From positions 186,001 to 250,000 of the forward strand of contig JBEUKZ010000064.1 of the NCBI GenBank assembly GCA_048128005.1: DNA of 64,000 nucleotides. Reading direction: 5' to 3'. The notes under the pieces were generated by a model. The model did no database searches and was not told the DNA's origin. It saw only the letters and a program-made list of their open reading frames with translations. Numbering within the stretch: the first letter of the stretch is position 1; each line of letters begins with the position of its first letter. A program made the position numbers and the translations under genes. Positions 23,609-32,366 of this stretch are shown piece after piece. Source of the DNA: Veleropilina oligotropha (taxonomy: Eukaryota).

Positions 23609-23952
23609 ACGTGGCTGTATTGTTCCGCCTGTTTGTTTAAAATGTCTACTGTAACGTTCAAATACAGAGTGCCGACCCACGGGGCCTTGATGACAAAGGC
23701 GAGGGTTAACTTATCCGAATCCAGGCTGAGTTTACTTATGGAACATGCCTTGGGGCCCCCGGCCGGCTGGACCGGCGTCAGGTGGATCATTAGAAGGGCT
23801 GGGTTCAACCCGAACCGACCTCTAGTGTTTGGAAACATGAACTCCCTCCTCGCCAGCCCCTTATTGGGCGCTACCCCACAATTAAGGACAAAGTGCCACC
23901 GGGTCGGGGAAGAGGGCTCGTCTGCAAGCAGGGTCCCGTAGATGCTGCTCAT
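23605..23952 (-). CDS. Hypothetical beta-rich protein, 115 aa
   Basis: Coupled by ATGA overlaps at both ends to the neighbouring minus-strand ORFs. Confidence 0.65.
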   Translation of the reverse strand: MSSIYGTLLADEPSSPTRWHFVLNCGVAPNKGLARREFMFPNTRGRFGLNPALLMIHLTPVQPAGGPKACSISKLSLDSDKLTLAFVIKAPWVGTLYLNVTVDILNKQAEQYSHV

Positions 23953-24689
23953 TGTATCGCAAGGACTGCGGAAATAGGCATACCGTGATTGTCGAGCGGT
24001 TTACCATCTGAGTCTGTGATGTAAACCTTCAACTCTGTGATTAGCCCGGCCTGTAGTCGCCGGCCGGCGGGATAGCTATGATAGTGGCCAGCTTCACCGA
24101 ACATCTGCGACGTGATAGGGACCACCGCGAGAATAGTGCTCGGGGCGCCGTCCTTCACATTGTGCGTTGTACTAAGCTGCTCCAGGTGGACGTGCAGGGT
24201 TGGCGCTATGGCAAACCCGACAGGCTTATTCCCGTCATAAGTCCCAGGGCGTAGCCACTCGGATCTCTCCGGAGGGGGAGGTGGTTGGCCCTGTACTCCC
24301 CGAACCGGTTGGTTCAGATTCCCTGCTTTATCGAGAATAAACGAAGAGAGGTCTAAGCCGAGGAGTTTTCGTATATCGTCACTTATCGCGAGTCGAGTCC
24401 CCTCTGGGACCACGATTCGGGCGAGCCCTGTAGCATGGCTTACATCTAGTTGTAGGTTAACTAGCGACCTCTTCATCGTCTTGGCGAGGTCATCGAAGCT
24501 GTAGAAACCTGGTGCCACGTCGACCGTGGTATCCGGGGTCTTAAAGAAGGCTCCGGCATGCACGTTGTGCCAGCCTACCCAATAGTCGAGCGACTGCAAG
24601 CTGACACATAGCTTGCTGTCCCGGTTATCAATCGGCTCCAGGAGGGCAACCGCGGTCCCCTCTTGAACGTTTGTTAATGTGTGAAACAT
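23949..24689 (-). CDS. Minor capsid (penton-like, single jelly-roll) protein, 246 aa
   Basis: Pattern typical of Polinton minor capsid proteins: VSLQSLDY..GWHN, PGFYS...L, RKLLGL, LHVHLE.L......G....LAVVP, ITELKVYITDSDGKPLD..G.P...VL. Confidence 0.75.
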   Translation of the reverse strand: MFHTLTNVQEGTAVALLEPIDNRDSKLCVSLQSLDYWVGWHNVHAGAFFKTPDTTVDVAPGFYSFDDLAKTMKRSLVNLQLDVSHATGLARIVVPEGTRLAISDDIRKLLGLDLSSFILDKAGNLNQPVRGVQGQPPPPPERSEWLRPGTYDGNKPVGFAIAPTLHVHLEQLSTTHNVKDGAPSTILAVVPITSQMFGEAGHYHSYPAGRRLQAGLITELKVYITDSDGKPLDNHGMPISAVLAIQ

Positions 24690-24696
24690 AGTAGCT

Positions 24697-25980
24697 ATGG
24701 CTAAGAGCGCCTTTGCGTTTAATAGGAGTGCGGCCTATCCGACCGGTGTGGTGTACCCAGCAAAGATCAAAGATGAGCAGCTTACGAGACCAAGCATCAA
24801 TGTGGGTAATAGCTCAACCACTACATTCGGGGCAACATACCCTGACGTCTTTCAGAAATACCGCCTCCCTCATGTCGCTAGTGACGGGCTGATAAGGGAT
24901 TGGAACAGCACGCCGATGAGGTTCTGGCAGAACAAGGTCAATTTCGCAGTTTGGTGTGCCACAACAGGTTCCGGAATCTCCTCAGAAGACCACTTAAATG
25001 CGACCGACCCCCTCTCCACTGCTGTATTCACCTTCCACGTCTACTATCAGGTCAGACGAATCTTATCCGAAATTCAGGCGCCGCTGCCACAGGACCGGAC
25101 GTGGGATGCATTCGACAACCCGTATGACCGCAGGGCATATGAGAAGATCTGCAGCGAATTTGGGGTGTCTCCCCATACCGACTGGCGTGTCAAGGGTCCC
25201 AACGGCGGACTAGGCACCGCTTACAGCTACTGGACGAACAACGGCTACCACCCCATCGGACGTGACTATGATCCAAGCCGAATGTCCTTCACCAAAGGTA
25301 CGACCAACACGAATCTGCACGTGGACTACATCGCGCAAGCGCCTGCACTTAAAAACGGTTGGGCTACTTTTATTCTGGACAGGTCGGTGGGATTCACGAG
25401 GGCCGGCGTGGAAAGGCTCAATGATTCCATCAGGACCTACGTCTGGGCTATTCTTGGAGCGCAGGCTCAAACGCGTGCAAGTATTCTGGGTAGTGGGACG
25501 GCGTTTGACGCACAGAAACAGTTCCTGGCGAACGTGGAAGACGCCATCGCATCCCCCGTTGACCTCCCAGCAGCCATCAAACGGTACCAAGAGGTGCTCC
25601 AGTATGCGAGGTCCAAAGTGGACTTCGTATTCGGCGTTGGCCTGTACATGGCGCCAAGTAACATGCTTCTACGGATCGGGCAGGTGGCTGGTTATAACAA
25701 TGAGATCGTCGTCGCCACGGAAGACCAGACACTCGGTCTTAATACTACGGTGAACGCGGCCAATCCTGTGCCGCACAACGCCACTGGGGATACTGGAGAA
25801 ACAGGACTGGTTATTCCACAAGACGCAGATGCAAGCATACCGGTAGTTACTCCGAAGCATCCAAGCTCTCTGCCAGCTGTGGCCTCAGTGGCGGCTGTTC
25901 CAGCGGCACATGACGAGGAGAAAACCGCACTTATCGTGGGCGGCATTGTCGTTGGTCTAGCGTTTATTTGGCTTACGTGA
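24697..25980 (+). CDS. Hypothetical viral protein with C-terminal membrane anchor, 427 aa
   Basis: Long uninterrupted ORF with a Pro/Ala-rich linker followed by ALIVGGIVVGLAFIWLT at the C-terminus. Confidence 0.82.
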   Translation: MAKSAFAFNRSAAYPTGVVYPAKIKDEQLTRPSINVGNSSTTTFGATYPDVFQKYRLPHVASDGLIRDWNSTPMRFWQNKVNFAVWCATTGSGISSEDHLNATDPLSTAVFTFHVYYQVRRILSEIQAPLPQDRTWDAFDNPYDRRAYEKICSEFGVSPHTDWRVKGPNGGLGTAYSYWTNNGYHPIGRDYDPSRMSFTKGTTNTNLHVDYIAQAPALKNGWATFILDRSVGFTRAGVERLNDSIRTYVWAILGAQAQTRASILGSGTAFDAQKQFLANVEDAIASPVDLPAAIKRYQEVLQYARSKVDFVFGVGLYMAPSNMLLRIGQVAGYNNEIVVATEDQTLGLNTTVNAANPVPHNATGDTGETGLVIPQDADASIPVVTPKHPSSLPAVASVAAVPAAHDEEKTALIVGGIVVGLAFIWLT

Positions 25981-27286
25981 CCCACTGTCTAGCGGCAATA
26001 AGAAGCAAGCCCCCAACTGATATGACCAGTGCCCATAGGTTTTCAGCGAGCCACGATGCTGTCTTGCCAATCAGGTTGATTAGCCAGGAGACCAGGCTTC
26101 CAAGTATTCCTGGGAGCACGGCTGCGGCCTTCCCTGCTAGCTTGCCCAGAATCCGACCCAGGGTCTTCAGCTGCTTTTTTACCCACTCCTTGACCCCGCC
26201 CTGACCACTGGGAGGTGGTGGTGGCGTTGGCGGGCTTGTTGCTCCACCTGTCAGGGCTAGTACCAAAGTCGAGATGGCGAGCCCGATAGCGGTGAGTATT
26301 GTTGCGATCGTAACCCCTTGCTCGCGGAACAGGGTCCGGATACGCTCGGCCAGCGTTGTGTCGGTGTTCAGGATCCGACTTATCATCTCTCGGATCCGGC
26401 TGATTTGAGAGCGAAGGGCCTCCCGGCTTGATGATGCTGCCTCTAGGCGAGCTGCTCTTTCATCATTCAGGTCGCGCAGACGTTCCGCGATCCGTCGACG
26501 GATGAACTCATCCACACCGCCCTCTTCATCTGCCTGATCGAGCTTCATCTTCTCCAGCTCTATGTGTTCATCCAGCGCCGTTAGCTTGGCTAAGTTGTTC
26601 GTGAGTTCGCCTCGGATGGTCTGCATCGCCTTGTCAAGTCCGCGAAGCTCGCGAAGATTTAATGGAGGGTCCCCCATTGTGCCTAAGATCTCTTCAACCT
26701 CGGTATCAGTGAATTTCGTCTCCATCGTGTGGATTGCTACCGAGGCATCAGTAGCAGTCTGCCCCAAGTCCCGCAGTTCTACGTTTTCGACATTAGCGGC
26801 CGCACCGCTCAACTCGTTGTCGGCTGTCTGAAGAGCTGCAACCGCTTTTGAGGACGGCTTTTGTCCCCCCCGCGTCCAGTGTACAAAACCCAACCCTTCA
26901 CGGATTGCATCACCCCCACCAGGCCGGCCAGCTATTGTTGACAACGCCAAGGGGTTGCCGGTGCGAGAATTTATGAGATTGATGTCGGGGTAGTCCGTCA
27001 TCACCAATTTCCCCCCCCTCCCTAATTTTCCCCTCACATACTTGAATTTTGAATAATCTCGCCCCGTGGCTGGGGTCTGCCCCTCCTGTGCCAGGGCTTT
27101 GTAGTAGTCGTCAACCACGCCCTGAACGAGCTCTTGCTGAAGACTGCTGGTTCCTTCCTGTGGCCGTTCCGAAAGAACAGGCATAAACCGGTCGGTGGAT
27201 AGATCCACATCAGTATCGTCGATGATGGTATCATCGTTGTCGATGAGATCGTCCGGCTCGAATGCGGGGTTCTCGAATTCCGCCAT
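25973..27286 (-). CDS. Coiled-coil membrane protein, 437 aa
   Basis: Acidic N-terminus, long heptad-rich region, TM segment GVTIATILTAIGLAISTLVLALTGG, poly-Pro hinge, and an amphipathic/hydrophobic C-terminus. Confidence 0.85.
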   Translation of the reverse strand: MAEFENPAFEPDDLIDNDDTIIDDTDVDLSTDRFMPVLSERPQEGTSSLQQELVQGVVDDYYKALAQEGQTPATGRDYSKFKYVRGKLGRGGKLVMTDYPDINLINSRTGNPLALSTIAGRPGGGDAIREGLGFVHWTRGGQKPSSKAVAALQTADNELSGAAANVENVELRDLGQTATDASVAIHTMETKFTDTEVEEILGTMGDPPLNLRELRGLDKAMQTIRGELTNNLAKLTALDEHIELEKMKLDQADEEGGVDEFIRRRIAERLRDLNDERAARLEAASSSREALRSQISRIREMISRILNTDTTLAERIRTLFREQGVTIATILTAIGLAISTLVLALTGGATSPPTPPPPPSGQGGVKEWVKKQLKTLGRILGKLAGKAAAVLPGILGSLVSWLINLIGKTASWLAENLWALVISVGGLLLIAARQWVT

Positions 27287-27322
27287 TTGAATACATCAGT
27301 GGGATACGCATCTAATTCAGCC

Positions 27323-28624
27323 ATGACTAGCGTATACGGACGCAAGCTTAATCCATACCGCAGGCTGCGTGAGCCCCTCGCAGTCAAGGGCATCCGCCAG
27401 TCGGTCACGATTACAAACAATCCATCAACGATTGCCCCGAACCAGCAGCTCCTGGTTCGGTTCCCTAATCTCGGGGCGAATGACGTGATCGTTCCAGGGA
27501 CTGCCCACCTCGCATTTACCATCTCTCTGACCTCGGTAAATGCGAATAGGACTGTAGTACAAAATATCGGCCGTGCCGTGATCAGAAAGACTACGATAAA
27601 GATAAGTGGAAACGAGATCATGTCGATTGACGACTCCGACGTGTACCACTGCTACTGCGATCTCTGGAAGACCACCGGGGAGCGCAAGAACGCCCAGTAC
27701 CAGGGGATTGATACCAGCGATGGGCACAACACTACGAAGCATCGTGTTGGTGCGGCAGACGCCTTTAGACTCTCTGAGGATGTCGCGGTCGCGGCCGCGT
27801 ACGGTAACCGATTCCGCATCCCGCTGGATTTCGAGCTGTTGGAAAGTCACATGCCATTCTATCAAAGCGCCCTTGGAGACCGTCTCGAGTATGAGCTAAC
27901 GTTCAACGACTACTCCCGGACTATCCGGGAGACGGACGACTCCGGTTCCAGCTATTCCATCGACAATATATCCCTCGAATATGACATGGTAACCCAATCC
28001 GAGCTTGCCAGACGGATTCGAAATCAATACCAGGGTCAACTCGTAATCCTGTACGACCGTGTTCTCCGGCATCGGAAGCTCACCCTAGACAAGAGCGACT
28101 CGTTGTGGAATATGAATGTGAACGTACCGGCGAGGTCGATGAAAGGAATACTACTGTTGTTCGAGGACCCTGCGAGAGACGCCGCGCCATTCTCTCGCGA
28201 TACTGAGGCCTTCTATAATCCGAAGATCACAAAGGTCGAGGTCACAATCGAGGGTGTCCCGAATCAAATCTACAGCCAGGGCATGCGAACATACCAGATC
28301 TGGGAAGAAGCCAAGAAAATGTTCGCCTCCGGCTGCAGCAAGCGGCATCCTGAGGTCGCGATGGTCGCAAAGGACTTGGAGATGGCAGACGTCACCCTGG
28401 GCGAATTTCTGACTAAGAAATTTGCGCTCTGGATCGATATGCGGGTAACTGACGACGATCAGTTGCACGGGTCAGGCCGGAGGGTCGAGAACGCCAGCGA
28501 AGGCATTACTATTCAGATCACTAAAACAGCCGAAGCGGCCGGTCCACTGAACGTCTACGAGTTCGTGATCATGGACGCACAGCTGAATATCGAGAATGGC
28601 CGATTCGTCGAAGCACTGTACTAA
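27323..28624 (+). CDS. Major capsid protein (double jelly-roll, Polinton-like), ~433 aa
   Basis: Size and beta-rich pattern (NPSTIAPNQQLLVRFP, GRAVIRKTTIKISGNEI, FRIPLDF, LEYELTFN, NISLEYD, ITKVEVTIEG..NQIY). Lies directly upstream of the packaging ATPase. Confidence 0.82.
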   Translation: MTSVYGRKLNPYRRLREPLAVKGIRQSVTITNNPSTIAPNQQLLVRFPNLGANDVIVPGTAHLAFTISLTSVNANRTVVQNIGRAVIRKTTIKISGNEIMSIDDSDVYHCYCDLWKTTGERKNAQYQGIDTSDGHNTTKHRVGAADAFRLSEDVAVAAAYGNRFRIPLDFELLESHMPFYQSALGDRLEYELTFNDYSRTIRETDDSGSSYSIDNISLEYDMVTQSELARRIRNQYQGQLVILYDRVLRHRKLTLDKSDSLWNMNVNVPARSMKGILLLFEDPARDAAPFSRDTEAFYNPKITKVEVTIEGVPNQIYSQGMRTYQIWEEAKKMFASGCSKRHPEVAMVAKDLEMADVTLGEFLTKKFALWIDMRVTDDDQLHGSGRRVENASEGITIQITKTAEAAGPLNVYEFVIMDAQLNIENGRFVEALY

Positions 28625-29228
28625 ACGATTTCCGCACACCAAGGACCCCCACTCCGCAATCATCTGCGGCCAGACGGGCTGTGGGAAGACGGTTTTCATG
28701 CTTGAACTGCTGGAGGGGGAGTATCGAGGCGTCTTCCGGCATATCGTGGTCCTCTGCCCCACGATCAAGTACAACAAAGCATACCAGTCTTGTCCGTGGA
28801 TCTGGACCGACCCTGAGGTGTATTTAGTCCCCCCGGGTGAGCGACTCCATGACTGGCTGCGGGGGTTCTACCGACTGTTTCAGGGGGAATCAACTTTATA
28901 TATCATCGACGACTGCGCCGCGAGCAAGGCTATGGCAAAGAGGAGGGACATGCTGACTTTGTTGGCCTTCAGCGGCAGGCATGCTTCCCAGAGCGTATGG
29001 GTAGTGACGCAAAAGTACAACTCGGTCTTGAAGGAGCTCAGAGAGCAGACCCGCTGGGTCGCGCTGTTCCATTGCAAGGACCGCGACAGTTTCGAGGACT
29101 GTCTGCGCGAGAACGATGTAATCCCGTCGCAGGATGAACGGACCGAGGTTCGCCGGCTGTTGGCCGAGACACGACACGCTAAGCTTCTGTTAAAGACCGA
29201 TCAGCCCGTTGCTTATAGTGTGCTTTAG
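28596..29228 (+). CDS. A32/FtsK-like genome packaging ATPase, 210 aa
   Basis: Walker A GQTGCGKT, Walker B LYIIDD, and the GRH and VVTQ motifs. Confidence 0.92.
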   Translation: MADSSKHCTKRFPHTKDPHSAIICGQTGCGKTVFMLELLEGEYRGVFRHIVVLCPTIKYNKAYQSCPWIWTDPEVYLVPPGERLHDWLRGFYRLFQGESTLYIIDDCAASKAMAKRRDMLTLLAFSGRHASQSVWVVTQKYNSVLKELREQTRWVALFHCKDRDSFEDCLRENDVIPSQDERTEVRRLLAETRHAKLLLKTDQPVAYSVL

Positions 29229-29259
29229 CATCTGCCTAGCATCTACAGCACTACCTAGC

Positions 29260-29994
29260 ATGTCGGACGCTGTATATCTAGCTTTTGCTTGCAGCCAGAG
29301 CCTGATCTTGCTCCTACTCGCTACATTGTGGTATTGGATTTACAGTTATATTAGACCGGTGAGGCGATGTTGGAAACGCTTAAGGATGGACAGCCTCATC
29401 GATCAACTTATGGATGACGAACAAGAAATGACCGTGGCCGGGCCACCCCGCTCGATGCCCGAGGACCCTAAAACCGGCGTAGCAGAGAAACGGGAGAGGC
29501 TTGCAGCATTAGCCATTGGAGGACGGGCAGGCAAATACTTGGGGGGGAGCAACCTCACAGTTGACCGGATCGACGCTATGACCGACGAAGAGGTTGAAAA
29601 ACACTACGCACGGTATGAAGTGAGGTTAGGTGCGGAGATGACGAAGACCCTGGGGACTGCAGCTATAAACCTCTATGCGGGGGCAGCTGGGATGCTCTTG
29701 CCCATCCCACCACAAAATCAGCTACGTTTGATCGCTGACCTCGAGGCCGACCCGTTCATCTCACATGCCCTGACCACTGCAAGCTGTGAGCTGTATTATA
29801 AATATGGCATGTACCTCGCACCGCTGACCGCAGCGTTGACCACGGCTAAGCACTGCCAATTTGGACATGTTTGCCCGCCTAAGATACCAGATCAAGATGA
29901 CAACGCCGGAAGTGGACCAAGTGATCGAGAGACAGCCGATCGAGAGCCAGCCGATAGAGAGGGTGACTTCTTCGACGGACTCATCAGTGAGTAA
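29260..29994 (+). CDS. Hypothetical viral protein with N-terminal hydrophobic segment
   Basis: Open ORF from ATG 29260 (alternative ATG 29386). Hydrophobic segment LILLLLATLWYWIYSYI. Confidence 0.7.
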   Translation: MSDAVYLAFACSQSLILLLLATLWYWIYSYIRPVRRCWKRLRMDSLIDQLMDDEQEMTVAGPPRSMPEDPKTGVAEKRERLAALAIGGRAGKYLGGSNLTVDRIDAMTDEEVEKHYARYEVRLGAEMTKTLGTAAINLYAGAAGMLLPIPPQNQLRLIADLEADPFISHALTTASCELYYKYGMYLAPLTAALTTAKHCQFGHVCPPKIPDQDDNAGSGPSDRETADREPADREGDFFDGLISE

Positions 29995-30388
29995 AAAGGA
30001 CCCGAAAAAAGTGGCTGCAGGGAGGGCCGGCGCTGCTGCTCGAAAAGCCAAGCAGGAGAAGCTACTGGCCGCGGTTCGAAAAATGAAAGAAGACCTGAGT
30101 GCCCCAACAAGTGTTGTCGTTCCATCAGAACAGCCCGGGGAGGCGGTTCCAGCCGCAGAAAGACCGCGTGCGCCAGATACACAGAAATCGGACCAATTTA
30201 ATTGGACCCAGGTAGCCGTCGCTGCCGGTACGGTTGCGTTGGTATTTGTTGTCTGGAAGACGTCCTCAGAACGCAGCAACCCTGGTCCATCCACACCACA
30301 TCAACAGCCACCAGACGCGGACGCTCGGTGCCCTCGGGCCGCCCCCACTATCGAATTGAAGAAGCAGAACCCTTTTCATATGCAATAG
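29897..30388 (+). CDS. Small protein with basic KKDPKKVAAGRAGAAARKAK motif and one TM segment
   Basis: Open ORF from ATG 29897 with a basic motif (candidate DNA-binding core protein) and VAVAAGTVALVFVVW. Confidence 0.7.
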   Translation: MTTPEVDQVIERQPIESQPIERVTSSTDSSVSKKDPKKVAAGRAGAAARKAKQEKLLAAVRKMKEDLSAPTSVVVPSEQPGEAVPAAERPRAPDTQKSDQFNWTQVAVAAGTVALVFVVWKTSSERSNPGPSTPHQQPPDADARCPRAAPTIELKKQNPFHMQ

Positions 30389-30413
30389 TCGCAAACGGTA
30401 CTAATCAACAGTT

Positions 30414-30653
30414 ATGACTACCCCAATCACTGATGGAAAGATGCTCGGCAACGCTGTATACCACGCCGCTATAGTGTCAGGCCTCGCCATAGGCTACGCA
30501 CGCCTGACAAAGATGGTATTCAAGGGAGCGAGCCCCAAACTGGACTTCACGGGCTACGATGTCGGGATGGTCGTCCTCGACGTAGCGCTCGCCATGGCGA
30601 CGAAGGACATGCTGATCAAGCAAGGCATCATTCCGGCCGACGTTTTGAAGTAG
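30414..30653 (+). CDS. Small hydrophobic protein, 79 aa
   Basis: ATG-started ORF in the packed gene run, with two hydrophobic helices. Confidence 0.7.
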   Translation: MTTPITDGKMLGNAVYHAAIVSGLAIGYARLTKMVFKGASPKLDFTGYDVGMVVLDVALAMATKDMLIKQGIIPADVLK

Positions 30654-30684
30654 TGTGACCTTGCTAGATAATCGCAGCATTTCA

Positions 30685-31113
30685 ATGGCTTCCATTGCGA
30701 TGCTGGTTGGGGGCGCTCTCGTCAACGCCCTCGCCTTCAGCGGCTCCAACTTCCTCTTCTCGAAGCTACGCAGCTCCGGTGTCGATGCGGAGCGTAAACG
30801 CCACGACATTGCTGTAGAACAGCTCAACGCTGCTCAGACTAAATGGTCCCAAAAGAGGGCAGAGCGTCTCGACTGGCTGAACGTTGAACTTCGCCGCCAG
30901 GGTCATGCCGTTGGCACATTCCGGGATGTTGACGCCGCGATCCGTGAGTATGCATTGATCACCGGCAAGAACCTTGACCCCGGCCTGGGGGGTGGCCCTG
31001 AGCCCCAGCTGTCCGACTACTACACACCGAGCGATGGCCAGAAGGGACGTGAGATCACCTTCATCATCCTCGGGATGGCTGCGACCGGGTTGGTCGCCTA
31101 CAAGCTCGCCTAA
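30685..31113 (+). CDS. Membrane protein with N- and C-terminal hydrophobic segments, ~142 aa
   Basis: MASIAMLVGGALVNALAFSG...ITFIILGMAATGLVAYKLA. Confidence 0.75.
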   Translation: MASIAMLVGGALVNALAFSGSNFLFSKLRSSGVDAERKRHDIAVEQLNAAQTKWSQKRAERLDWLNVELRRQGHAVGTFRDVDAAIREYALITGKNLDPGLGGGPEPQLSDYYTPSDGQKGREITFIILGMAATGLVAYKLA

Positions 31114-31153
31114 TTATTTCCAGTGGACATTTTTTTCGTTGGCATGTATAGTA

Positions 31154-31375
31154 ATGGGGCTACCAGAAGAGCTGTACTGCGCTATGCTTGCGGTCGGCTA
31201 TAGTACTACGTTACTCGACTGCTGGCGCCGCGACGAAAAGACTATGGTGCGGTTCGCAGTCCTGGTGCTCTCGGGCCCGACCAACCTACGGGCGACGACT
31301 GCGCAGCGACCGGCTCCGGAAGCTGAAGCCTGTTGGAGACTGATCAGTTTACTGGAATACATTGCTGATGGATAG
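31154..31375 (+). CDS. Possible small hypothetical protein, 73 aa
   Basis: ATG-started ORF that fills the gap before the integrase and overlaps its start. Confidence 0.35.
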   Translation: MGLPEELYCAMLAVGYSTTLLDCWRRDEKTMVRFAVLVLSGPTNLRATTAQRPAPEAEACWRLISLLEYIADG

Positions 31376-32366
31376 TAAGCTTGCGAGGATGTACTACAGC
31401 CCTAAGGGCTACTGGAAAGGCATTGCCGCGATAAAGAAACTAGCTGACGCTGCCAAGGCGTCTGAAGTGGAGGCCCGGACATGGCTTAAGAGGCAGGCTA
31501 TATGGCAGATCTATTTACCTGCGCCACGGCGGATTCCAAGACCAAAATTCGACGTCGTAACGCCAAACGAGGTTCACCAAGCCGACCTCCTGTTTCTGCC
31601 CCATGACAAGGTCGGCCGTAAAACGTACAAGTACGCTTTGACTGTGGTTGATGTGGCCAGTCGCTTTAAAGAGGCTGAGCCTCTGGTCACAAAAGAGGCC
31701 AAAGGGGTTGCTGAAGCACTAGCCCGAATCTACAGGCGGAGTCCTCTTGGCTGGCCGAAACTGCTTCAAGTCGATCCAGGGCGAGAGTTTATGGGCGCGG
31801 TTTCCCAGCTGCTGGCAAAGAATAACGTCGAGGTTAGGCGTGGCCGTGTGGATATCCATCGCGATCAGGGCATTGTGGAGCGCTTCAACCGGACGCTCGC
31901 TGAGCGGCTCTTCGGGCACCAGTATGCAACAGAGATGCGGTTTGCAGAGTCTGCGAAAGAGGGTCAAAGGTCAACTGAGTGGGTCGCCCGGTTAGCAGCT
32001 GTTGTTGCGGCGTTGAATGGGGAAGTGACCAGGCTGACCGGTAAAAAGCCCAAGGACGCCATCAAGGCACCTCGCGTTGCACAAAAGCCAGGCGCCACTG
32101 TTCCAGGCCGACAGGGGAAGGAACAGAAACTCCCCTCTGACGTAGATGTTCGCTACCTTTACTACGATGGTGAGCTGGAGGGGGGTCATCGCCGTGCTAC
32201 TGACCCGGTGTGGTCTCTAAAAGTTTACAGGCTTGGACGCTCCGTCACTAAGCCTGACGAGCCTGTGCTCTACTACTTGCTGGATGGACCACCGCGTGGC
32301 TTCGTTCGTGAGGAACTTCTCGTGGTGCCTCGTGATACCCAGCTGCCGCCGGTTCTCAGGCGTTAA
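31368..32366 (+). CDS. Retroviral-like (RVE, DDE) integrase of Polinton type
   Basis: HQADLLFL, YALTVVDVASRF, LQVDPGREF and QGIVERFNRTL give an intact D-D-E triad. C-terminal WS..VY.......P..Y.L.D.....F.REEL domain. Confidence 0.95.
   Translation: MDSKLARMYYSPKGYWKGIAAIKKLADAAKASEVEARTWLKRQAIWQIYLPAPRRIPRPKFDVVTPNEVHQADLLFLPHDKVGRKTYKYALTVVDVASRFKEAEPLVTKEAKGVAEALARIYRRSPLGWPKLLQVDPGREFMGAVSQLLAKNNVEVRRGRVDIHRDQGIVERFNRTLAERLFGHQYATEMRFAESAKEGQRSTEWVARLAAVVAALNGEVTRLTGKKPKDAIKAPRVAQKPGATVPGRQGKEQKLPSDVDVRYLYYDGELEGGHRRATDPVWSLKVYRLGRSVTKPDEPVLYYLLDGPPRGFVREELLVVPRDTQLPPVLRR

Noticed and set aside
23633..23941. 102-aa plus-strand ORF
   Set aside because: The overlapping minus-strand ORF has exact ATGA coupling at both ends and is preferred.
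31368..32366. LTR retrotransposon or Ginger interpretation of the integrase
   Set aside because: No RT, RNase H or LTRs nearby; it is embedded among capsid, ATPase and PolB genes inside TIRs.
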